From Octopus sinensis (lineage: Eukaryota), in assembly GCF_006345805.1 (NCBI RefSeq), contig NC_043009.1, forward strand, positions 58,466,001 through 58,530,000: a stretch of 64,000 nucleotides of DNA, given 5' to 3'. Of this stretch, positions 26,379 through 37,836 are shown piece by piece (within the stretch, counting starts at the first letter, position 1; the number at the start of each line of letters is the position of its first letter). A model generated the notes under the pieces. That model saw only the letters and a program-made list of their open reading frames with translations. It searched no databases and was not told where the DNA came from. The translations under genes and the position numbers were made by a program.

Positions 26379-27686
26379 GTTATATTTATTAATATTGTTT
26401 TGCATCGTTTGGAATTTTCTCGTTGCTGTTACTATATATTTGCTAATGTAGCTATTGCTTTTGTTGTCTGTTGTTGTTGTTGTTGTTGTTGTTATTTTCG
26501 TTGTTGATGTTTTTTAGTTGTTGATTTTGACAAGTGTTTTTTTGTTTGCTTTTGTTTGTATGTGTGTTTGTATATTCATGTTTGTAGGTTCATTGATTGC
26601 CATCGCAATGATGATGATTATGATTCTCACCTATACCATTCATCATCATCACCATCATCATCATCACATCGACATCATTATCGTCATCATCATCATCGTC
26701 CTCATCCTCACCATCATCATCATCGTCTTCCTCATCGTCGTCGTCGTCGTCATCATCACCCTCACCATCATCGACATCATCATCTGTAGCAGTGATGAGA
26801 GCAGCTGAAACTAAAGCAGCAGCGTCGGCGTTACATCCTTCACCACCACCACCACCACCCCTCCACCCCTCCACCTCCAGCACCACCACCACCACCACCA
26901 CCACATCCACCGTCACCACCTCCACCTCCACCAACACAACCACAATCAAAAGAGAACAACACCACCGTACCAACGACGCCATGACCACCACCACCACCAC
27001 AACCAACACTACTGCTACTATTGCAGCCATCATCATCATAACCGTCACCCTCTTCATCATTATCATCACCTCCATACCACCGCCTCCACCACCACCACCA
27101 CCACCACCACAATGGTCACTAACGTCATCTTCACAATAATAATGTGACCCTCCCCTTAGTACTCTTCTACATCATCAATTCCAACACCACAAACTTTATC
27201 ATCATCATCATCATCATCGTCATCATCATCAGCAGCAGCAGCAGTACCATTAGCATTATGGTGATGTTGATGATCCTGTAGCAGAAATTGAGGTGGAATT
27301 GGAGGAGGAGGAGGAGGATGAGGGGGAGGAGGAGGAGTGGAGGAGGAGGAGGAGGAGGAGGACGACGACGACGGTGATGAGCAGACATGAATATGACGAT
27401 GATGACGGTGATGGGGATGATAATGATGACGATAATGATGATGATCATGATCATGATGATGACGACGACGACAGTGATGATGACAATTGTCATCGTCAAG
27501 GTTGTCACAACTGCACTTGTCATCATCTTCAACATCTCCATCCTCATAACGATCATCATATCTCTAACGCCATCGTTATTATTCCCCCCACCTTCTCCTC
27601 CTCTTCCCCCTCCTCGTCATCATCATCATTATCGTCGCCGCCGCTCCAGCCACTACCACCACCACTACTACCACCATCATCAAAAC

Positions 27687-27718
<32 letters not shown>

Positions 27719-28470
27719 CCATCATCACCATCATCACCATCATCATCACCATCATCACCATCACCATCACCATCGCCATGATCATCATCACCATCATCAT
27801 CACCATCATGACCATTATCATCGTCATCGTCATCGTTATCATCGTCATCATCGTCATCATCATCACCATCATGACCATTATCATCGTCATCGTCATCGTT
27901 ATCATCGTCATCATCGTCATCAACGTCATCGTCATCATCGTCATCATCATCACCATCATGACCATTATCATCGTTATCGTCATCGTCATCGTCATCATCG
28001 TCATCATCGTCATCATCGTCATCGTCATCATCGTCATCATCATCACCATCATGACCATTATCATCGTTATCGTCATCGTCATCGTCATCATCGTCATCAT
28101 CGTCATCGTCATCATCGTCATCATCGTCATCGTCATCATCGTCATCATCATCACCATCATGACCATTATCATCGTCATCGTTATCATCGTCATCATCGGC
28201 AACATCATCATCATCATTGATCATCATGACCATCACCATCATGATCATCACCATCATGATCATCATAACCGTCATCATCATCTTCCTAAACATCATCACA
28301 TGACCTTCGTCCAAATTTTTCCACAATCCCATTCTTTCTCCTAATTCTCCTCCTCCCGTCCTCCTCCACGTACTCATATTCCTCTGCCTCCTCCCCATCA
28401 TTAGTGACGTTTTCTCGTCGCCTTTGTTGCTGTTGTTGTTGTTGTTGTTGCTGCTGCTGCTGCTACTGTT
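25960..28470. repeat. ~2.5-kb ATT/ATC/ACC trinucleotide mosaic with an inverted block and higher-order repeat
   Basis: CAT-sense tract with a GAT/GAG-sense block at ~27258-27485; anchor CACCATCATGACCATTATC at 27801, 27864, 27951, 28044 and 28152. Confidence 0.9.
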
Positions 28471-28559
28471 GTTTCCTCCCTTCATAATATCACGGTGTAC
28501 GCTGTTTGTTCATTAGGGATGAAAGCAACGAATCTTTGTGTGTGTGCGTGTTTATGAGC

Positions 28560-28597
<38 letters not shown>

Positions 28598-29229
28598 GAC
28601 AGAGAGAGGAAGGGAGAAAGTGAGGAAGAGAAAAAGAGACAGAGAACGAAAGTGTGCGCATGCGTACACATCTGAAAATGAATATGGTTGTAAGTGCATA
28701 TGTCTGTAATATTTTCGCTTTCTATGTATGTGTGTGTTTGTGTGGTTATGTCCGTGTCTTCTTCCACATGTGTATGGGGTTTCTGTTAAGATCTGCGTTT
28801 GCCATGGAAATGATGATTTTGTGTGTGGCTTTGATTCACGTGGTATTTTTTTTCTTTCCTTTTATTTTGAGTGTTAATTGATTTTGTTCTTTATTCCACA
28901 TCAACTGCAATTCGACTGAGATATTTTGATAAGTATTCCAGGATGCCCAGCTCGTATATAAAGATATGCATGTGTATATATATGTGTGTGTGTGCGTGTG
29001 TGTGTGTGTATGCATGCATATATATATAGACACACATATATACATGCATGTTTATATATTGGTAAATATCTGGCTTTGTATGTATGAGCATGTGTACACA
29101 CACACAAACACACACGCACACAGATTTATAGAGCATCAGGTAGTATAAACAGAAGAGAGAAAGACAGATATATATATATATATATATATATATTGTGTGA
29201 GAGAGAAATTGAGAGGTAAAACGATAGCT

Positions 29230-29275
29230 AGATAGATACATGCATAGGTAGGAGGATGGATGGATGGATAGATAA

Positions 29276-29347
<72 letters not shown>

Positions 29348-29496
29348 GTAGGTAGGTAGGTAGGTATGTATGTATGTAGGTAGGTAGGTAGGTAGGTATG
29401 TAGGTCGGTAGGTAGGTAGATATGTAGGTAGGTAGGTAGAAAGTTAGTCAGATAGTTAGATAGATAGTTAGATGGATAATTAGATAGATATTTATG

Positions 29497-29587
<91 letters not shown>

Positions 29588-29630
29588 GGAAAGATGGATG
29601 AATGGAAGTATAGATGGATGGATGTATAAA
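29230..29630. repeat. (GATA)n/(GGTA)n array
   Basis: Direct reading. Confidence 0.95.
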
Positions 29631-30030
29631 GTTATAGATATTACTATGTATTACATAAGTAGATGAACACAACGACACATACTCTCTCTCTCCCTGCCTC
29701 TCTCTCACACTGACACACACACTCCCGAATTTACCCCCGCTTAACCCGGTTAGATATTTCAATTGGGTTTTGAAAGAATGAGTTTATTTTCATGGTATAA
29801 CTTAGAAATTCATTATTCTTGTCTTTTGTTAAACGTGCGAAACACTACACATCAAAAGTAATTACTTTGTTCGTGATATTGAGTTCTTTTTATATCATTT
29901 ATACTTTACAGCGTAACTAATTGAAATTAGAAACACACTCTTAACCATTATAACACTGCAAATATAAGGAATGAACGCTCTGAAAGAAACCAAAGTAGAT
30001 AGATTGATCATTGAACTAATTACCCTTCTA

Positions 30031-31015
30031 TAATCGGTGAGATACATCCCTGTATCACCGAATTAGATCTATATAAAACAGCTAATCAATAAAGTAGAAA
30101 ACGCCATCAAAAGATTTTGATGGAAAACTCACTTTTACGAGAACAACCAATTAACCCGACTATACGTCAGTTTCGAAATAAAAACACGGAACTGCCCACC
30201 ACAGATCAAATATCTGAAATCCTTTGAAGCGGAATTGCTAGAAATAATCAGCTCTGTAAGATTTGCAAAAACACAGCAACTCTTTCTAACTTAAAATGAA
30301 AGCACTATTAAGAATACTAACGTCTTTTAGTCATTTTAAGATGCGATATAAACCTGTACAAAATACTCTAAGATATCCAGGCGACATGTTTAGTGAAAAT
30401 ATTATACAAAACTACGACAAAGCTAGGAAAAATTCTTCTGTTAGTCGTGAAGGGAAAATAAGAGCCACAACAAACAAACTAATATAGAAAATGCAGAGGT
30501 TAGCGAAATACAAATCTTACGGAGACCACAGGGAAAAACTCAACACAAATCTCAAACACAGCTCTTTCTAACGTAAAATGAAAACACTGTTAAGGACACT
30601 AACGACTTTTAGTCATTTTAAGATGCTATATAAATCTGTACAAAATATTCTAAGATATACAGGCTACATGTTTAATGAAAATATTACACAAAATCACGAC
30701 AAAGCTAGCAAAAATTCTTCTCTTAGTCGTGAAGGGAAAATAAGAGCCACAACAAACAAAGTGATGTAGAAATTGCAGAGGTTAGCGAAACGCAAATTTT
30801 ACGTAGACCACAGGGAAAAACTCGACACAAATCTCAAACGCAAGCAAACAAAACATGCTGGAAACGAACTAAGGAATTTCAGACATATAACAATATAAAT
30901 AAAAAGCGTAATTGACAAAATTAGAAATGCCACTGAATCTGGGACAATGAGAATAAGTCCAGTGAAAATAGTTAACTGGTTTAACAACGTTAGGGAGAAA
31001 AATTATGCAAATTGA
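30031..31015 (+). pseudogene. Penelope-like retroelement, N-terminal/RT-proximal remnant with internal 282-bp duplication
   Basis: Broken frames give IPVSP..YIKQLINKVENAIKRF*WKTHF, KTRNCPPQIKYLKSFEAELL, ENIIQNYDKA, DHREKL and IVNWFNNV, resembling the N-terminal series of invertebrate PLE proteins (family knowledge). Confidence 0.7.
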
Positions 31016-31736
31016 TCCCAGGACAGTTTTAGCAAAACTGAATCATTGACCTAAAATGCAGCAAAGTCAGGCCCAGATGAGACGTGTCCTCAGTATATTG
31101 TAAACATAACCTAGTGACTTCATTATGAGAATTAAGGGGAGGGAACCAAGCACTGAAATGCCTGATGTATGACAACAAAATACTCCTCTTATGAACAAAC
31201 ATCTCTCCTACAAAGAGGAGAAAAAAACGTTGTAAACAGTAATTAATGTAAATACATTACCATATACGTTATAATTTTCATCTTTAAGTCATTGTGGCCA
31301 TACTATAGCACCGCCTCGAATTGTTTACTTGAGGGACTCAACCTCACTACTCTCTCTCACACACACACACACGCACACACATACACGCTTCAATGTGGCT
31401 AACCGTTAACCGTGTCTCTGGTATATCTTGTATATCTTCAATCATTTCATCCTGCTTTGGTGATGAACCTGGAAATCAGAGGAGTGAGCGCGTGACTAGT
31501 CTTCAACCAGAAGTCTTTAACACTGCAATCAGCATCCGGCACAACTCAGGATTTTGATTTCTCCAAATACAATACAAACGGCCGACATGATATTGTGTGT
31601 CATATCGTTCTATTATGATGCCCATAGGCGTCAGTGACTACGCAAAGTTCTCCAGTGTCGTAGGATTTGAAAGCACACGGATGGTGTAGCATACCTCAGA
31701 GCAGATTGCATTCATATATATATATATAAATATATG

Positions 31737-31773
<37 letters not shown>

Positions 31774-31820
31774 ATGAATGTGTGTGTGTGTGTGTGTGTG
31801 TGTCTATCTGTATGTGTGTG

Positions 31821-32156
31821 AAGGCGCATGGCTCAGTGGTTAGAGCGTCGAGCTTACGATCGTGAGGTTGTGAGCTCGAATCCCGGACCGAGCTGCGTGT
31901 TGTGTTCTTGAGAAAGACACTTTATTTCACGTTGCTCCAGTTCACTCAGCTGTAGAAATGAGTTGCGTCGTCACAGGTGTCGTGTTGTATCGGCCTTTCC
32001 CTTTCCCTTGGATAACGCCGGTGGCGTGAGAGGTGAGGCCGCTTTGCATGGGTGACTGCTGGTCTTCCATAAAAACAACCTTCACCGGACTTGTTCCTGG
32101 GAGGGTAACTTTCTAGGTGCAATCCGATGGTATGTATCTTGACCGAAGGGGGTCTC
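31821..32156 (+). mobile_element. tRNA-Arg(ACG)-like SINE family C, full length
   Basis: GGCGCATGGCTCAGTGGTTAGAGCG A-box arm, TTACGAT loop, GCTCGAATCCC B-box; unpaired acceptor stem; CORE-like GTTCTTGAGAAAGACACTTTA segment. Confidence 0.85.
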
Positions 32157-32159
32157 AGA

Positions 32160-32209
<50 letters not shown>

Positions 32210-32255
32210 TATATATATTATATATATATGTATATATATATATTATATATATATG

Positions 32256-32320
<65 letters not shown>

Positions 32321-32368
32321 TAATATATATATATATACATGCATGGATGCATGCATACATATATATAT

Positions 32369-32433
<65 letters not shown>

Positions 32434-32738
32434 TTAAATAGAATTTAAAAAACACCTTAAATGATAGAAAATATCCAATAATTTACTGGTTTGTCACTTA
32501 TTTGTCTGTTGAAATGTTAGTTACCCATTTGTCTGTTGATGTTTTGGAAGCATAGCATATAACAACATAACGATGTCTTTTTTACTCACCTAACGAGATT
32601 TTGCCCACCAAGACGTTTCAACTACTGGAACTTTAATCTTTTGGACAAAATCGAAACAGCTGTAAGTGAACATCCTGAATTTTTGCAGTTATTAATTTAT
32701 ATTAACGCTAATTCTCTACTTTATGGATTTTAATTTAT

Positions 32739-32795
<57 letters not shown>

Positions 32796-32807
32796 ATATA
32801 TATATAT

Positions 32808-33000
32808 AACGGGGAAGTTTACGAAAATAAACAAAAGACGAAGGCAGGTGGAGTACAAACAAACAAATGTATTAGTATAGCGCTCAGGAATAGAAATAGA
32901 AATGTCTTTTACGTTTCGAGCCTACGCTCTTCGACAGAAAGATACATAGAAAAAAAACAAGGAGAGAAACAAGGAGAGAGAAAAAAAGGAGAGAAAAAAA
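32808..33000 (-). mobile_element. Penelope-like terminal-repeat fragment
   Basis: Homologous to 24905-25070; abuts (TA)n; carries the hammerhead fold at 32904-32942. Confidence 0.7.
32904..32942 (-). ncRNA. Minimal type I hammerhead-like fold with non-canonical core (A6U)
   Basis: Minus: TCTTT-CTGTCGAA-GAGC-GTAG-GCTC-GAAA-CGTA-AAAGA. Stem I 5 bp and stem II 4 bp are perfect; palindromic ACGT stem III; GUA cleavage triplet. Confidence 0.6.
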
Positions 33001-33935
33001 TGCGTGTAGGCGCTAACGATCTATCATGGCGTCCTGACTTTGGACAACCATATGTATATATACATATACATATATGTAATGCAAATGCTGTACCGGGTCT
33101 AAGAATTGAAACCACCATCTCGTGATGGTGAAGATCACTTCATCTCACATTACTTTGCGATCATTTAAACACCTAACACGTGTTACACCGTGCAACCGTT
33201 CGGGTAATGTCGATTTAGTGGAGGGTGTAAGCTAATGTACGGCACATACATTTGATCACTATGAACAAATTATTCGAGCAGATTGTTCGACAAAAGTTGA
33301 GCACTCACCCGTATTCTTCGACGGGAGATTTCATCATATATATACATAGACACATGTGAATACATACAAAATATATAATATATCAGTGTGAATGTACTCA
33401 TGTATATGCTTCTGTATATACATATAGACTTGAAGCACACGGTATATACGCGACACATACAATAGCTTATAGAAAAAAGTGTAAGAATAAATATATGAAT
33501 AACGCTCAATGAATATAGAAATAAGAACCACCATTCCGTATGTGTTGAAGATATATAATAAATGATACATATGACAGAAGATAAAGATATTAACATGATA
33601 TACAGTACACACATGCATAGGATATACGATATTGATATAAAATATATCAAATACATTTAGGAATACGATATATAATGCATATATATATGAAAGTCTTATA
33701 ACGCATACATATACATAACATTAAATATGTCACTCGTTCGTCTTTTATTTATATTCGTTGTGCGTCTGCAATATATGTGTATTGTATATCTTATTTATAT
33801 GAATATGTCTTACGTCTATATCTACTACAAGACTTGCTTTCATATTACATTCATTACTTGTGTATAAGTTGTATTTTAGATATTTATAATATATACGTCC
33901 GTAAGTGTGTATATATATATATATGTGTGTGTGTT

Positions 33936-33976
<41 letters not shown>

Positions 33977-34569
33977 ATAGACAGATAGATATATAGATAA
34001 ATAGATAATGTATGACATACAATACCTACGTATGTGTGGAAGATAAACAATGTTACATAGAAACATACATTGCAAACATACATATACATATATACACAAA
34101 CAACCTATAGTGTATAAACACATAACATTAAAAAAATGTATATAAACAAAATACGCCTTAAACACGTAAATAAATTCTACAATAAAAGTAGAAAGATCAG
34201 AAAAACAAAAGATTCTGTAATTTATCAATACCGATTTAATGGCGTTCGCTCGCTCGTTTCACGTTGTTTGATTTATATTGAAATTATCCCAAACTGTATA
34301 TTGCTTTATAGAACTGATAGTTGCGGTGGTGGTACTGGTGGTTCTGGTGGTACTAGTTTTGTTGGTAGCGTTGAGTGATAGTAGAGATGTTGGTAGTCGT
34401 CGTGGTGATACGTGTGACTGCGTCGTTGTCAGTGTTCAGCGATAGGTGATGACAGTAGCAGCCGTGGTGCAGGTGGCACTAGTAGAGGAGATGTTACTTG
34501 CTGTGGTCTTCTTCTTCTTCTAATCAGGACTCACGCTATTAGCCTCAAAGTATGATCTCTAATTCGAGC

Positions 34570-34715
34570 CTTTCAGTCTCCGTCTTACCAAATCCATTTA
34601 CAAGGATTTGGTCGTCCCGCGGCTATAATAGAAGGCACTTGCAACACAGTGGGACTGAACCCAGAACGATGAGGTTGGGAAGCAAGCTTCTTACCACACA
34701 ATCACGTCTGCGCCT
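34570..34715 (-). mobile_element. SINE family A, 5' part
   Basis: Minus: AGGCGCAGACGTGATTGTGTGGTAAGAAGCTTGCTTCCCAACC... Confidence 0.8.
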
Positions 34716-35384
34716 AATGGGGATATATGTCCTTCAATTATGGTGACATTTGTTTTTTTTTCATTCTCTTATAATAGTGTTGACAACGCTGATATTACTG
34801 TTACGTGGCGGAACGGTATCTGTCGTATTGAAGTTAGCCGCCATGGTAACAGATAGACGATACTGTGGAGATATTAGTGGTAGTGATAAGAGTAGTGGTG
34901 GTGAGGATAATTGTGGTGATGGTGGTGGTGATGTTAGCGACGAACGTAAGGCAATGGAGACTTTCTTAGTGTTTGAGGAAATAGAGATAGTGGCAGATAT
35001 ATTCGATGGTGTTGGCAGTAATGATGTACATTATCTTCTGCTCATCCTGATGTATCTGTTGCTGGAGTTAGAGGCTGTTGGTATCCAATGAAATAAGTAC
35101 CAGTCATGTACTGGAGATCAACGAAATCGAATAGAATCCTCGTTCTCACTATCACCGCCGTCCAAGCCAAAAAAATTCAAGCCTGGTGACTATAATAGCA
35201 AGAATTAATAACATTATCAGTATTATCATGAATATTAGTAGCAGTATTCTGCCAAGGTCGACTTTGCCTTTCATCCACCAGGGTGGATAAAATAAATACC
35301 AGTCTGACATCGGGGTCGACGTAACCGTCTTAACCCCCTCCACAGAAATTACTGGCCTTGTGCCAATATTTGCAAACATTGTTA

Positions 35385-35850
35385 TTGAGTGAGAGGACAA
35401 CACATGCCATCAAAATGATACTGAGGTAGAAATATACGAAGCCCAGTGTACCCATCATGACTACCCGTCCGATAAGAGTACACGCAGCAGATGCATCACC
35501 ACCATGTGTCCCCGACATGGTAACCTTGTATCAAGATAAACAGCGCTTGACCTCGCAGGTGAGGCCAGTTAGAGTTTTCTTCCTATTGAGTAGCACATCC
35601 CGCTCAAAATCTTCACTGAATGAGGGTTGTTTAAGAATGTTGAGAGAAACACCCATGTTTCCAAAGCGGAATTATTCAAAGCCCAAAGAATCCCCCTCAA
35701 CACATGGCTATGATGCTCCCCCACTATTTCTGCTCGTGATCAGAGATGCACATATTGTCAGCTACAAAAGGGCGTGCTCAACTGGTTATGGTCAAACAAC
35801 AGACAAGCAAATCTTTGGTATTCAGGAGAATAATAGCTGTAACACATCTT
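35385..35850 (-). mobile_element. Retroposon 3'-end family, (TAA)-tailed; possibly R4/Dong-related
   Basis: Homologous to 48593-48945; the minus-strand end CTCACTCAATAA is shared. Clade assignment is inference. Confidence 0.6.
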
Positions 35851-35918
35851 AGAAATCATCATCATCATCAACATCATCATCAAAATCACTAATATTATTA
35901 TTATTATCATTATCATTA

Positions 35919-36018
35919 NNNNNNNNNNNNNNNNNNNNNNNNNNNNNNNNNNNNNNNNNNNNNNNNNNNNNNNNNNNNNNNNNNNNNNNNNNNNNNNNNN
36001 NNNNNNNNNNNNNNNNNN
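35919..36018. other. Assembly gap (100 N)
   Basis: Run of 100 Ns; true size unknown. Confidence 1.
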
Positions 36019-36898
36019 TATTCATGTATGTATATAGATATATATCTGTATATGTGTATCTATATACATATAGTGTGTATATATATATATATATATACAT
36101 ATGTTTATATATATATGTATATATATATATTATACATATATGTATATATACATACACACACCATATATATATATATATACATATATTTATATATATATAT
36201 ACGTGAGTGTCTATAACATATACATACACATGTGCTAAATGATTATATGGGTGTGCACCACGTATGCAGATATTTGCGAATGCATTATTGATGGACGTAG
36301 CCAGAAATGTGTGTAGACAAATATATGAAGTTCTCCTCCCGAATAACGCTTATGACCAACAAACACAAGTGTATACGCACATATGCTCACATGCCCATCG
36401 ACACACCCATAGGAACATACGTGCACTGGTGGCACACTGTCGTAAAAGCCTGTACACATACAGGCATATATCGATGATGTATTTCCAATGTCACGACAAA
36501 GGCCAACAGACACCCACACATTCTCAGTCAATAATATATAATACGCTAACATATTAACGATATACAGAAATTTCTCAATCTCTCTCTGTCTCTGTCTCTC
36601 TGTCTCTCTGTCTCTTTCTCTCGTATACATACATGAATATATATATATAGACCATATATACGTATACATACACACACACACACAACACACGCTCAGATAT
36701 CTATCTATATATATATAGTTATATGAATGTGTGTGTCTGTATATTTATAGGTCATCTTTTATTAACATTATTAACATAATTAGATAAAACGCGTACACAC
36801 ACATATATATGCATAATATAAGGCACATTGAAGACACGCACATGCACGACAGATACATATATATGTGTGTGTTTATATATGTCTATGTATGTATGTAT

Positions 36899-36943
<45 letters not shown>

Positions 36944-37007
36944 ATATATATATGATATATATATATTATATTTGTGCTTATATATGTATATGTATGTATA
37001 TATATAT

Positions 37008-37045
<38 letters not shown>

Positions 37046-37157
37046 GATATATATATATATATTATATATATATATAATATATCTATATCACACACATATA
37101 TAATTATATATATATTATATTATATTATATATATATTATATATATAGATATATATAT

Positions 37158-37188
<31 letters not shown>

Positions 37189-37804
37189 ATATATATGACT
37201 GCGTGAGTGTGTGTATGTATTTATCGGTCATCGTGCATTAACATTATTAGACACAACGCATGTACAGACACACACACACACACCACACACACACACACAC
37301 AACCACACACACATAAACATATATGCAAGCAATACGTAAAATTATGTAGCCTTGTGATTTGTTTTTCCTGAAACGAAATAGAAGTGTGTTAAATGCAACA
37401 CGTGTGTCTGAATTTATACATATGTAAGCGTAGCGTGTGAAGGTGTATGTAAATATGTATAGGTGTAAGTTTATAGATTTGCAATTATATGTGCATGTAT
37501 ATAGCTATAAATGCTCATGTGTGTGTCTATCTACTTGTGTCACAACATATATATATATATATAGATATATATATATATATATATATCTGTATATTATATA
37601 TGTATATATATATACAGGGCGTCCCAGAAGTCACGCGCTATTCTTGTTTACATTAAAAATAATTAAAGCATTTTATTTTATTATATATTTTTTTCTGTAT
37701 GTTTTATTGTAGAGGGTGCTCAATTTGAGCCTTTGTTATGATTAATTTCACTAAAGAGTTTTGAAATCAATAAGTTTGCATTCTTTAAAAATATATATAT
37801 TTAT

Positions 37805-37836
37805 AGGCGCAGGAGTGGCTGTGTGGTAAGTAGCTT
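37805..37836 (+). mobile_element. SINE family A head, cut by the ORF1-only element (left piece)
   Basis: AGGCGCAGGAGTGGCTGTGTGGTAAGTAGCTT then unrelated sequence; the SINE resumes at 40076. Confidence 0.9.

Noticed and set aside
31821-31895. tRNA-Arg(ACG) gene (also tRNA-like heads at ~6305, 18060-18130, 55042)
   Set aside because: Acceptor stems do not pair and the sequences run into repeated SINE bodies.
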